NCBI GenBank assembly: GCA_028710695.1
Contig: JAQTTP010000004.1
Span: forward strand, 57,102-89,101
Length of the DNA stretch: 32,000 nt
From: Candidatus Iainarchaeum sp.
GTDB lineage: Archaea; Iainarchaeota; Iainarchaeia; Iainarchaeales; 0-14-0-20-30-16
Direction: 5' to 3'
The translations under genes were made by a program, and so were the position numbers. Positions 9,560 to 18,481 of the stretch are shown here, piece after piece (positions within the stretch are counted from its first letter, which is position 1; every line of letters begins with the position of its first letter). Under the pieces are notes generated by a model. It searched no databases. It saw nothing but the letters and a program-made list of their open reading frames with translations, and had not been told where the DNA came from.

Positions 9560-10840
9560 ATGAGATACTCAAATATAATTACAATGATTTTTGGAATTTT
9601 GTTATTGAGCACTTTTGGATTTGCCCTATCTGTCTCTTTATCTTTTAGTGACTCAAGTATGGGTGTTGGAGATTCTACAACTCTTACAGCAACAGTAAGC
9701 GGAACAGATACGGGAGTAACTGCTGAATTAAGCGGAACAGGAATAACAAGCGAGGCATTAACAACAAGCCCTGTAGCAGTTTCAGGAATATCAACACAAT
9801 CTCTAGGAAGTATATCTGATACCACAACTACAAGTTGGATAATACAAGGAAATGCTGTAGGAACATATTCTCTATTAGTGACTATTTCAGGAGATTCTGC
9901 AAGCACAACTGGAACTACAACTTTAGTAGTAAATAATCCTGCAAATATAATTTTAGATGACTATAGTTGTAACTCTGGAGATTCAAATTTATCAAGTGGA
10001 AATACATATACAGTAAGTTATACTTTGAGAAATTCTGGGGAGGAAAGTGCAACAATAACAAGTACGCCTACTTTAACTTATTTTTCAGTATATTCTAGAT
10101 CTAATGCGGATACTAGTAATCAAACTACAATAACCGGTGGAGAGACTAAATCAATAGCATTTACATTTACTCCATCTTTTGGAACAACAACAAGAACTGG
10201 AGCAATAAGTCTTGCTCTAACTGGTGCAAATGATCCAGATGACATTTCTTGTGGAAGTGTAACTCTGTATGTTGCACCTTCTACAGGGGGGACTACTGGG
10301 ACTAATGATGATGGTGATACAGATGGTGGTGTAGTAAGTGATGATGAAGACGAAGAAGAAGAGGATGATGGTGTAGTCACAACTACAACAACAACAAAAA
10401 CAATAACTACGGATAAATTTACTCTTGTTTTGCCAGAGAATGTTTCTGCAGGAGAAACAAAGGAATTAAAAATAATTGATTTAAACGGGCTTCCATTAAA
10501 GGATGTAAATATTCAGATAACAGATCCTAAGGGTGAAATTACATATAATTTGACTGATGCAAATGGTTTGTTAGATTATGAGTTCCTTTATGACGGAAAC
10601 TATGCAATAAAAGTTTACTACGGTGGAAAGACCTATAACTACACAATAACAGTAAAGCCAATAACTGCGGGTACTGAAGACACGAATGTAGGTACAACAG
10701 GTACAACAGAAGGCAAGAGTACTTGGTGGATTTGGGTAATAGTTGTAGTTGGTATTATTGCAGTAATAGTTGTTGCAGATTTATTGCACACATATTATGG
10801 AAATAAGCCTAAGAAAGGCGGACTAGCAAGATTGAAATAA
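9560..10840 (+). CDS. Secreted, C-terminally membrane-anchored beta-sandwich-like surface protein with acidic/Thr-rich linker
   Basis: Signal peptide MRYSNIITMIFGILLLSTFGFA; DDEDEEEEDDGVVTTTTTTKTITT linker; Ig-like LPLKDVNIQITDPKGEITYNLTDANGLLDYEF; C-terminal TM WWIWVIVVVGIIAVIVVADLL plus basic tail. Confidence 0.8.
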   Translation: MRYSNIITMIFGILLLSTFGFALSVSLSFSDSSMGVGDSTTLTATVSGTDTGVTAELSGTGITSEALTTSPVAVSGISTQSLGSISDTTTTSWIIQGNAVGTYSLLVTISGDSASTTGTTTLVVNNPANIILDDYSCNSGDSNLSSGNTYTVSYTLRNSGEESATITSTPTLTYFSVYSRSNADTSNQTTITGGETKSIAFTFTPSFGTTTRTGAISLALTGANDPDDISCGSVTLYVAPSTGGTTGTNDDGDTDGGVVSDDEDEEEEDDGVVTTTTTTKTITTDKFTLVLPENVSAGETKELKIIDLNGLPLKDVNIQITDPKGEITYNLTDANGLLDYEFLYDGNYAIKVYYGGKTYNYTITVKPITAGTEDTNVGTTGTTEGKSTWWIWVIVVVGIIAVIVVADLLHTYYGNKPKKGGLARLK

Positions 10841-10880
10841 GGTTAAAGTAATTTTTAACCTTTTCCTTCTTTATTTTATT
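10839..10880 (+). terminator. Candidate hairpin plus T-rich terminator
   Basis: Perfect 9-bp inverted repeat AAGGTTAAA (10839-10847) / TTTAACCTT (10854-10862), immediately after the 10840 stop, followed by a pyrimidine-rich tract. Confidence 0.45.
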
Positions 10881-11624
10881 ATGTCTCATTTTAATACTCA
10901 TATAAAATTTGTAGAATCTCTGAATTCAAATCTTGATAAAAGATATTTGTTTTCGGGGTCCGTATTCCCTGATATTGGGCTATATGTTGATTTTTCAAAA
11001 ATAAACAAAGAAAAAGACTTTACTCATTTTTTACATTTTCCAGAGCCAAGAAGTGAAAATGGAATAAAGTTTGGAAAAGCTTTAATGGAAAAAGCAAAAA
11101 CAAAGAAGGAATTGTCTTTTGCTGTTGGGGTTTATAGTCATTTCTTTTTGGATCAAACTGTTCATTCTTATATTATGAAAAATAATTTGCCCATGGCTGA
11201 GCACATAATGCTTGAGTTTTTTAGGGCACATAATGATTTTTTAAAAAGAGTTAAAAAATTATATTTGCCAAAAGAATTTTGTGTGTCTGTGTTTGAAGAA
11301 ACATTCCCTACAGATAAAGAATATGCTATTCAGATCAGAGAAGTTGGTTGGTTGAAGTTGTTTAAATTTAGATTTATTAATGATTATCTTTTGCGGCATT
11401 TAATAAAAACAAATTATGGAGAAAAACAAAAAAAATTGTGGCTTGTAAAATTAGTTTTTTCTTTTTTTAGGGCAGGGTATAAGAAAAAAGAGGGTGAGGA
11501 CTTGTATTCTTATCTTTATCCTTCACTGATTCTTAAAAAAGTACATTTAAGTAATATGGATAGAATTATTGCAAAAACCCAAAAAGAATTTTTAAAAGAT
11601 CTGGTAGTTAATTGGAATTTGTGA
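10881..11624 (+). CDS. Zinc-dependent phospholipase C / S1-P1-nuclease-like domain protein
   Basis: HFNTHIKF, SGSVFPDIGLYVDF, AVGVYSHFFLDQTVHSYI resemble the zinc-dependent PLC family histidine/aspartate motifs. Confidence 0.6.
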   Translation: MSHFNTHIKFVESLNSNLDKRYLFSGSVFPDIGLYVDFSKINKEKDFTHFLHFPEPRSENGIKFGKALMEKAKTKKELSFAVGVYSHFFLDQTVHSYIMKNNLPMAEHIMLEFFRAHNDFLKRVKKLYLPKEFCVSVFEETFPTDKEYAIQIREVGWLKLFKFRFINDYLLRHLIKTNYGEKQKKLWLVKLVFSFFRAGYKKKEGEDLYSYLYPSLILKKVHLSNMDRIIAKTQKEFLKDLVVNWNL

Positions 11625-11644
11625 ATTTTAATAGTTATTGCTGA

Positions 11645-12628
11645 TTATAGGGTATTGGTATTAATCTCATCTGCTGCTTTTGATTTTATGCCTAATTCTT
11701 TTTCAATTCCTCTTGAGAGCCCATCAGTATGGCCGTGATAAGTATAAACCATCTTTGGTTTGCTTGTGCCTATGAAGTCTAAAAGACCTTTGTAATCGGA
11801 ATGTGATGACAGGTTTACACAGTTCTTTAGATTATGTCCTGTTACGTGCAAGTAATCTGCTCTTTTTCCTGAAATAAATGAAATATAATTGATCATTTCT
11901 TGATTATATTTTGATGGTGGCAAGACAACGCAATTTGCATCTCTTACCTCTTCTAAAGGTAACATGTTTTTTAGTTTTTTGCCATACAAGTTATAGACTT
12001 CATTGGAGTCTAAAGTTTCTGTTGGCAGGGCTATGTATCCGAAATTACTTTTGTTTAATTCTTTTACTATTTCTTGAGTTTTTCCTAGCCTGTGGGTTAT
12101 TATCACGGGCATTTTGTTATTACGAATAGCTTGTTTTACCCAATTGTTTATTTGGGTGTAACCCTCTGGCCTTTTTGGGAATTGGTATTTTTCTAAGCCA
12201 TATGTGCTTTCAATAATCATAAAGTCCAAATCTTCTATTGGTTTTATTGGTCTAGAAACATTTGTTTCTGTTGTGTTTATGTCTCCAGTAATTGCAAACC
12301 GTGTTTTATCATTTTCTACAAGAACTGCTGAGCTTCCAAGAATATGCCCAGAATTAAGTAAAGTGATTGTATTGCCATTGAGCTTTATTGGCTTGTTGTA
12401 CTCAGATGGAATAAAGTTTGCATCAAAATCAAGGCCTTGTTTTAGGAGTTCTATTGTTGCGGGGTGAGCAATAAAGGCATTGTATCTCCCATTTTTTGAT
12501 ATTTTTATGTGATCCGAATGGGCGTGAGTGATTATATTTAGTTCAGAATAATTCTTTTGAGAAATTGGATCTATTGTAAAAGGGACCTCTCCAGAGTATT
12601 TTACTGTAGTATTACTTATGCTTAACAT
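11645..12628 (-). CDS. Beta-CASP metallo-beta-lactamase fold nuclease-like protein (RNA/DNA processing exonuclease family)
   Basis: HAHSDHIKI (HxHxDH), GHILGSSAVLVE, ITGDINTTE, MIIESTYG, YTYHGHTDG. Confidence 0.8.
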   Translation of the reverse strand: MLSISNTTVKYSGEVPFTIDPISQKNYSELNIITHAHSDHIKISKNGRYNAFIAHPATIELLKQGLDFDANFIPSEYNKPIKLNGNTITLLNSGHILGSSAVLVENDKTRFAITGDINTTETNVSRPIKPIEDLDFMIIESTYGLEKYQFPKRPEGYTQINNWVKQAIRNNKMPVIITHRLGKTQEIVKELNKSNFGYIALPTETLDSNEVYNLYGKKLKNMLPLEEVRDANCVVLPPSKYNQEMINYISFISGKRADYLHVTGHNLKNCVNLSSHSDYKGLLDFIGTSKPKMVYTYHGHTDGLSRGIEKELGIKSKAADEINTNTL

Positions 12629-12727
12629 TTAGATCCCTTATTTGTGATTGTAAAAATAGGGCTTTCTAGATTATAAACATTATTGATTAGTGAAATTAAA
12701 AAAATAGAAAAAAAGAGAAATGTAAAA

Positions 12728-13132
12728 TTACATTTCAACTGCATTTACAATTCCTGTTTGGCCCGGTCTTGAAGTAACTTTTACCATCATTGTTTTTTCG
12801 CCAATTTTTACTTCTACTTCTGCACCTTTAGTTAATATATTTCTTCTTACAAACTCTTTGTGTGCTTTGTTTACTTTTTCAGTAACCATTTGGCCTTTTA
12901 CTATTTTTCCAGTCTTTAATTTAACATTTACAAATTTTAGTTTTAATGGTGCAGTTTTTGTCATACCACTTTTTACTCTTAAAACCTTTCTTTTCTCTTC
13001 AGTTTGTGTTATTATTGGGTTAGAAGCATTGTTTCTTAGCTCTGATAACTTCTTTTTCTTTCGTCTTATTGTGTGGTTTATTCCGCCAGTTGGCTTTCTT
13101 CTTGATTTCTCATTAGATAACATTAAATTCAC
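12728..13132 (-). CDS. rps8e: 30S ribosomal protein S8e
   Basis: SRRKPTGGINHTIRRKKKKLSE..., HKEFVRRNILTKGAEVEV, VTSRPGQTGIVNAVEM are characteristic of S8e. Confidence 0.95.
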   Translation of the reverse strand: MNLMLSNEKSRRKPTGGINHTIRRKKKKLSELRNNASNPIITQTEEKRKVLRVKSGMTKTAPLKLKFVNVKLKTGKIVKGQMVTEKVNKAHKEFVRRNILTKGAEVEVKIGEKTMMVKVTSRPGQTGIVNAVEM

Positions 13133-13258
13133 CTTTACCTATATATATAAATAATACTTAATTATTAGTATATATTTTTAAATAAGATAGTTTTATGACT
13201 AAATGTTTTTAATATTTAGTGCGTTAATTATATTGATTTATATTTCTGGGGTGAGATT

Positions 13259-13690
13259 GTGAAGGACGATTTTTATGATTTTGACCCATTCAAATTGTTT
13301 AGAAAATTCGAAAAAATGTTCTCGGACATGGAAACTATGGATAGAAAGATAAAAGCAACAGTAAGAGAGCCATTGGTTGATGTTTCTGAAACTGAGGATG
13401 AAATTAAGGTTTTAGTTGAGCTTCCAGGGGTGGACAAGAAAGACATAGACTTGGAAGTGAAAGGAAATTTTTTGATAATTAAAGCAGGAATTTCAAGGCA
13501 AAATAAGAAAGAGCAAAAGGATTACTTGTATCAGGAAAGGACTTATCAGCAGTATTATAGAATGGTGCCTTTGACTAAAGAAGTAGATCCGAAAAAAATA
13601 GAGGCAAAGTATAACAATGGAATTTTGGAAATTATTTTAACAAAGAAAACAGAATTAAAAAAAGTAGTAACTAAAATAAAAGTCAAATAG
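13259..13690 (+). CDS. hsp20: Small heat shock protein, Hsp20/alpha-crystallin family
   Basis: PLVDVSETEDEIKVLVELPGVDKKDIDLEVKGNFLIIKA... and ...YNNGILEIILTKK; GTG start. Confidence 0.95.
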   Translation: MKDDFYDFDPFKLFRKFEKMFSDMETMDRKIKATVREPLVDVSETEDEIKVLVELPGVDKKDIDLEVKGNFLIIKAGISRQNKKEQKDYLYQERTYQQYYRMVPLTKEVDPKKIEAKYNNGILEIILTKKTELKKVVTKIKVK

Positions 13691-13700
13691 GGGGTTTTTC

Positions 13701-13976
13701 ATGGCTTTATTAGCAAAAGTTGGTGTCTTTAGTCTTGCAAAGACTTTGTCATTATATAATATTTTATTTGGTATTATTGTGGCAATAATTACTTTGATAC
13801 TAAAGATATTTTCAGTTGGTACTCTGGCAAGTTATACTTGGGGTGCTGCAGTAATATATGAAGTAGTGTTCATAATCGCTATGCCAATAATTGGGTTCAT
13901 AATGGGTATAATACTTGCCTTGATAATTAATTGGGCTCTAAAAGTTGGTGGCGGATTAGAAATAAGTCTAGAATAA
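13701..13976 (+). CDS. Small two-to-three-TM membrane protein
   Basis: 91 aa with two strongly hydrophobic stretches; 10-nt gap to hsp20 and 1-nt gap to the next gene implies cotranscription. Confidence 0.7.
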   Translation: MALLAKVGVFSLAKTLSLYNILFGIIVAIITLILKIFSVGTLASYTWGAAVIYEVVFIIAMPIIGFIMGIILALIINWALKVGGGLEISLE

Positions 13977-13977
13977 T

Positions 13978-15117
13978 GTGGTGTCTGTGCCTATAACTAT
14001 GCCAATAATATTTGATAAGTTGAGGAGGAGAACTAAGAAGTCTGTGGTTAGTGTAGACTATACTGTGTTCATCTTCTTCTTTATCATTATTCTTGTTTCT
14101 CTAATCCTTTTTTCTTTTACTGACAAATTTCTTAGCGTTCTTTTTTTGTGTTTAGTTTTCTTGATATCTGTTTTATTTCACGATATAATACAGATTTTAG
14201 TTGCAAGAATCTTTAGCTATAAGCTGAAAAGATTTATTCTTTTTCCTTTTGGGTCAAAGAAAGTTTTTGATAGGCCTTTTGATAAAGCGGTACATGAGTT
14301 AGTTTATGCTTTTTCTGGGCCGATAAGTAACTTGATTCTATTATTGATTGCCTTTATAGTTGCAACTAATATTCCGGGTGCTTGGCCGCAATCCATAATG
14401 TTGAAGGAAACATTGACTGCTCAGACATTTGATGTTGCTTTAATACAATTTCCTTTGTTCGTAGTGTTTTGGATAAACTTCTTATTATTTGTTTTTAACC
14501 TTTTAGTTCCTGCTCTGCCTCTAGATGGTGGTAGGATTTTCCATTCTTTGTTAACAATATTCTTTGGAAACTATTCATCAAATAAGATACTGCCAATATT
14601 TAGTAAAGTCTTGGGTTTTATTGTAATTCTCTGTGGTTTTATATTTTGGGATATCTTGGTTTTAGTCCTGGGTGTTTTCATATATTTTATGAGTAATAAA
14701 GAAGCAAAAGAAAACGAACTTTATGTTACTCTTGAAGGTCAAAAAGCCGGAGACTATATCTCTACAAAATACCTTATGGCTAAAGCAGATGACTCTGTAT
14801 TTGATGTTTTTACAAAAATGTCTGAACAGAGAGAAGTTGATGTAATTGTTGACTTTGGAAAGGATGAATATGGAGTAATAAGTGTTGATACTATTGCTTC
14901 GATTCCTAAGTTACACTGGGCTTCTGAGAAAGTTGGGGATCATTCTAAGATAGTAGATCATGTTTTGCCTTCTGAAGGCCTGGCTTTTGTTGTTCAATAT
15001 ATGATGGAAAACAACCTGAACATTTTACCTGTTTTCAGTACAAAAGACAAACAAATAAATGGGGTTCTTAAGAGAATAGATATTGCAAGTGTAATTAGAT
15101 TAGGTAGAATTTCTTGA
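13978..15117 (+). CDS. Site-2-protease-like (M50 fold) membrane protein with C-terminal CBS domains; HExxH motif degenerate
   Basis: Multi-TM; LFHDIIQILVARIF at the HELGH position, conserved LLVPALPLDGGRIFHSL, C-terminal region with CBS-pair character (DDSVFDVFTKMSEQREVDVIVD..., MENNLNILPVFSTKDKQINGVLKRIDI). Confidence 0.85.
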   Translation: MVSVPITMPIIFDKLRRRTKKSVVSVDYTVFIFFFIIILVSLILFSFTDKFLSVLFLCLVFLISVLFHDIIQILVARIFSYKLKRFILFPFGSKKVFDRPFDKAVHELVYAFSGPISNLILLLIAFIVATNIPGAWPQSIMLKETLTAQTFDVALIQFPLFVVFWINFLLFVFNLLVPALPLDGGRIFHSLLTIFFGNYSSNKILPIFSKVLGFIVILCGFIFWDILVLVLGVFIYFMSNKEAKENELYVTLEGQKAGDYISTKYLMAKADDSVFDVFTKMSEQREVDVIVDFGKDEYGVISVDTIASIPKLHWASEKVGDHSKIVDHVLPSEGLAFVVQYMMENNLNILPVFSTKDKQINGVLKRIDIASVIRLGRIS

Positions 15118-15221
15118 GGGCTTGACTAAAGCGGTCTTGATCCTATGAGCTGCCTAAAGCTTTATATATCTAAATAAAGTTATTTTACTTGTTTAACTTA
15201 TATAATTAAGAGGGGAAAGTT

Positions 15222-17876
15222 ATGAAGAAGATTCTTTTATTACTATTTTGTTTGATTTTTATTGCAAGTGTTGGTTTTTCCGAAACCGTTTTGTCAGGGG
15301 TGTTGAATTCTAAGCTTGATCTTGTTTCTGGAGGGGTTTATACTGTTGAGGGGGATATGTATATCCGGGCTGCAGGGCAATTTTCTATGGCTGCAAATCA
15401 AATTGGCGTGGAATTTAGGTGTCTTCCAGGAATAACAATACATGTTGAGTCAGACTTTACTGGGAATTATTTATTTGATATAAAAGGGGCTAATTTCCAT
15501 ATTGATAATTGTGTAATTGATTTTGGATTGGATAATAAAACTGCATTTTACTATGATACAGCAAGCAAAGCAAATATAACTAACACAACCATAAATAATG
15601 CGTCTGTTGCAATAAGATTGCATAAAATTGCGGATGTATCAACGATTTCTAACTTGTTTTTAGAAAACGTGACAACTGGGATATATGCTACCTCGCGATT
15701 TTCTGATCAAATTCGTGCAAATATAACGACTAATGGCTTAAGAGGCTCTAATGTAGATTATTATTTTAATTTTTCTGGAAATGTTATTTATCAAACTGGC
15801 TTATTTTTGAATATTACTGATTTATCAGTTACAGATTTTACAAAAATGGGGTTTACTTCTATTAACACCCCAACCTATACAATAAATATAGACCAAATAA
15901 ATAGCACAAGTTTGATTGATTTAACTGGATCTTTGTTTAAAGAATTGGATCTTGCAAACAGCTCTATAAATCAACTAAAAGTTACAAATAATTCTGTTAC
16001 TGATAGTGTTAAAATAGACATTTCGGATACTATTATAGATTCTTGTGGAGACTATTGTATTTATCTGGATGCAAAAGTGTTCCCTTTAACTCTTACTAAT
16101 GTTTATTTTGATTCTGGTGATTATGGGGTTAAGACTGGTAGCACAAATACTAAAGAGATATATTTTTTGTCTACAAATTCAATTTACTCCGAAATTGATA
16201 ATGCTTTGTCTTTTCGCCAAAAAACAATGACTTTTCAATCAACTGGTGATAATTATGGTGGAGGAAATGTAATTTTAGAAAATATTTCCACCCCCGAAAA
16301 TGTGGCCATTAATTCTGCAACAGGATTAGGTAATCTGACAGTAGTTAACTCTGGTGGGGCTTTAGCGGTAATAAATTCAGAATTTAGTCCTGAAAAGGGG
16401 CTATTATTATCTACTTGTAATGCCAGTAGTTTAATTGGTTTGAATAATGTTATTTTTTCTACAGATCAAGAAATAAAGGACTTTGTTGAAGGATTTTTTT
16501 CTGATGATTCTTGTTATCCTTATTTGTTGTCTGCAGGTAACACAAAAATAAATACTGATAAGTTTTGGTCTTTTAATAAATCTGCAGGTAGTGATAATCC
16601 GGATGTTACTGGTGTAATAACTGATGCTGATGCGCCAGATTTTTCAGCAATACTTGCATATGATTATCCATTATCAATTACTGGTGTAACTGCGGGATAT
16701 GCTAGATTTGACAGCTCTTCAGATGAAGATGAATTTAGTTTAGAAGGTGTTTCTTTTATTGATTTATATAATAATAGTACAAATTTAACAATTCTGAGAA
16801 GTGAAATTGAAACTATAGAATTAATTGACACAGAGGGAATAATTAAAGCAAACACAATTGGGCATTTAAGTTTAGATGGTTTAAGTGATGGTCTAAAAAT
16901 ATCAAATAACGAAATTTATTATCCTTTAGAATGTGATTCATTATCAAACACAAGTGATGTTTCATATTATGATGCAAAGGATTTGACTGCAAAAAACATA
17001 AAAGGAGTAAATGGAACAGGTGGAAACTGGTGGGCTGGATTTTCTGATAGCTCAACAAAATGTAAAAATGAAATTGATGATGCATTCTGTGATGCAAAAT
17101 ATACTTTTACTTGTAATGGAAAAACATATGATGATTTGTATCCTTTGACTTTGCTTGGGCCTACAGTAGTTGTTGATGAAGATAATGAGAATAATGATAG
17201 TTCGTCAAATTCCTCTTCAAATTCTAACTCTTGTACAAAGAACTCTGATTGTTTGGGAACAGAATCTTGTATTAGTGGGCAATGTAAAGACTTAAACTGT
17301 AAAGTTGGACAAGTAATCTCTAACTATGCTTGTGTGGATTGTTTAACTGATGCTCAATGCCCTGCAGATTCAAAGTGTAGCTTGAATAAATGTGAAAAAG
17401 TTACTTGTAAAGCTGATGAGAAAGTTGAAAGCCACAAATGTGTAAAGCTTTCAGGGAATGCAGGTTTAGGAACAGGTACAGATAAAGATATTGATGTAGA
17501 TGCTGGTGTTGATAAGGATGTTGATTCGGATGTTAATGCTCCCGGCGGCCAAATAGAAGAGCCAGGATTTTTCCAGAAATTGTCTGATTGGATAAAAGGT
17601 CATGCACTGGTATTGGGAATTGTTGGCGGAATAGTAGTTCTTTTGATCATAATTCTGATTGTAGTTCTTGTAGTGCTACATAACAAGAAAAAGAAAGCTT
17701 TGTTGGGCGAAGAAGAACCAAAAGAAGAATCAGTAGAGGCCGAACCAGAAGAGAAGGAACCTAAGGAAGAAAAAGAGCCTCAAAAGGAAGAGGAAGAACC
17801 AAAGGCTGAAGGCGAAGATAAAAGCCCTGAAGATGAAGATAGTGATAACTTAGATACCTCTGGATGGAGTAAATAA
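15222..17876 (+). CDS. Membrane-anchored surface protein, right-handed beta-helix-like ectodomain, Cys-rich module and acidic cytoplasmic tail
   Basis: Signal MKKILLLLFCLIFIASVGFS; right-handed-beta-helix style repeats (GANFHIDNCVIDF, NITNTTINNASVAIRL, ...); CTKNSDCLGTESCISGQCKDLNCK..CVDCLTDAQCPADSKC; TM LVLGIVGGIVVLLIIILIVVLVVL; tail EEEPKEESVEAEPEEKEPKEE.... Confidence 0.8.
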   Translation: MKKILLLLFCLIFIASVGFSETVLSGVLNSKLDLVSGGVYTVEGDMYIRAAGQFSMAANQIGVEFRCLPGITIHVESDFTGNYLFDIKGANFHIDNCVIDFGLDNKTAFYYDTASKANITNTTINNASVAIRLHKIADVSTISNLFLENVTTGIYATSRFSDQIRANITTNGLRGSNVDYYFNFSGNVIYQTGLFLNITDLSVTDFTKMGFTSINTPTYTINIDQINSTSLIDLTGSLFKELDLANSSINQLKVTNNSVTDSVKIDISDTIIDSCGDYCIYLDAKVFPLTLTNVYFDSGDYGVKTGSTNTKEIYFLSTNSIYSEIDNALSFRQKTMTFQSTGDNYGGGNVILENISTPENVAINSATGLGNLTVVNSGGALAVINSEFSPEKGLLLSTCNASSLIGLNNVIFSTDQEIKDFVEGFFSDDSCYPYLLSAGNTKINTDKFWSFNKSAGSDNPDVTGVITDADAPDFSAILAYDYPLSITGVTAGYARFDSSSDEDEFSLEGVSFIDLYNNSTNLTILRSEIETIELIDTEGIIKANTIGHLSLDGLSDGLKISNNEIYYPLECDSLSNTSDVSYYDAKDLTAKNIKGVNGTGGNWWAGFSDSSTKCKNEIDDAFCDAKYTFTCNGKTYDDLYPLTLLGPTVVVDEDNENNDSSSNSSSNSNSCTKNSDCLGTESCISGQCKDLNCKVGQVISNYACVDCLTDAQCPADSKCSLNKCEKVTCKADEKVESHKCVKLSGNAGLGTGTDKDIDVDAGVDKDVDSDVNAPGGQIEEPGFFQKLSDWIKGHALVLGIVGGIVVLLIIILIVVLVVLHNKKKKALLGEEEPKEESVEAEPEEKEPKEEKEPQKEEEEPKAEGEDKSPEDEDSDNLDTSGWSK

Positions 17877-17890
17877 GGCTTTTTGGGAGT

Positions 17891-17906
17891 AACCTTTTTA
17901 AAGGTT
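17891..17906 (+). promoter_or_regulatory. Probable TATA/box A region of the 5S rRNA promoter, embedded in a perfect inverted repeat
   Basis: AACCTTT-TT-AAAGGTT, with TTTTTAAA about 24-28 nt upstream of the inferred 5S 5' end. Confidence 0.5.
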
Positions 17907-17924
17907 TCTCCTACATATATTCTC

Positions 17925-18040
17925 TGTAAACGGCCATAGCGGCAGGGAAACACCCGGTCCCATTCCGAACCCGGAAGTTAAGCTTGCCAGCGGCAGTACG
18001 TACTGCGTAGACGCGCGGGAACAGTTGCACGCTGTTTACA
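17925..18040 (+). rRNA. rrf: 5S ribosomal RNA
   Basis: TGTAAACGGCCATAGCGGCAGGGAAACACCCGGTCCCATTCCGAACCCGGAAGTTAAG... canonical 5S core; terminal stem TGTAAACGGC / GCTGTTTACA; T-rich tract follows. Confidence 0.95.
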
Positions 18041-18076
18041 TCCTTATTTTTAAATTGTTTTTTTATATCTTCTTTT

Positions 18077-18481
18077 ATGCAATATAATGTAATAGTAGTT
18101 GTTGGTATTGTTGAAAATAATGGGCAAATCCTTATTGGTAAAAAAGCACCTACTCCTGGGCACAGATTAGATGGTGCTTGGCATATCCCTGGTGGCCGAT
18201 TACACAAGGACGAGACCGAAGAACTGGCTTTAATTAGGGAAATTAGGGAAGAGGCAGGATTAGATATAATTGTTAAAGATTTTATTGACGAAATTATCTT
18301 TGAAAATGGTAAAGTCCTTATTAGATGGTATCACTGTTCATCCGAAAATTGCAATCCGATTCCTGGCGATGACCTTGTCGAAGCGAAATTTGTCCCTAAA
18401 TCAGATATTCTGAAAGTTTTAGACCAACGTGCAATATCTTCTTTTCCGCCAAAGGTTTTAGAATATTTTTTGTTATTATAA
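18077..18481 (+). CDS. Nudix hydrolase
   Basis: Perfect Nudix box GGRLHKDETEELALIREIREEAGL (Gx5Ex7REUxEExGU). Confidence 0.92.
   Translation: MQYNVIVVVGIVENNGQILIGKKAPTPGHRLDGAWHIPGGRLHKDETEELALIREIREEAGLDIIVKDFIDEIIFENGKVLIRWYHCSSENCNPIPGDDLVEAKFVPKSDILKVLDQRAISSFPPKVLEYFLLL

Noticed and set aside
9544-9906. Minus-strand 120-aa ORF opposite the 9560-10840 gene
   Set aside because: Antisense to a signal-peptide-bearing gene with a plausible protein; no recognisable motif and V/P/T-rich composition looks like a strand artefact.
10120-10380. Minus-strand ORF with polyserine tract
   Set aside because: Antisense of the Asp/Glu-rich acidic linker (GAT/GAA repeats) in 9560-10840.
17911-18207. 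Minus-strand 98-aa ORF MCNRPPGICQAPSNLCPG...
   Set aside because: Spans the 5S rRNA gene and the start of the Nudix gene on the opposite strand; an artefact.
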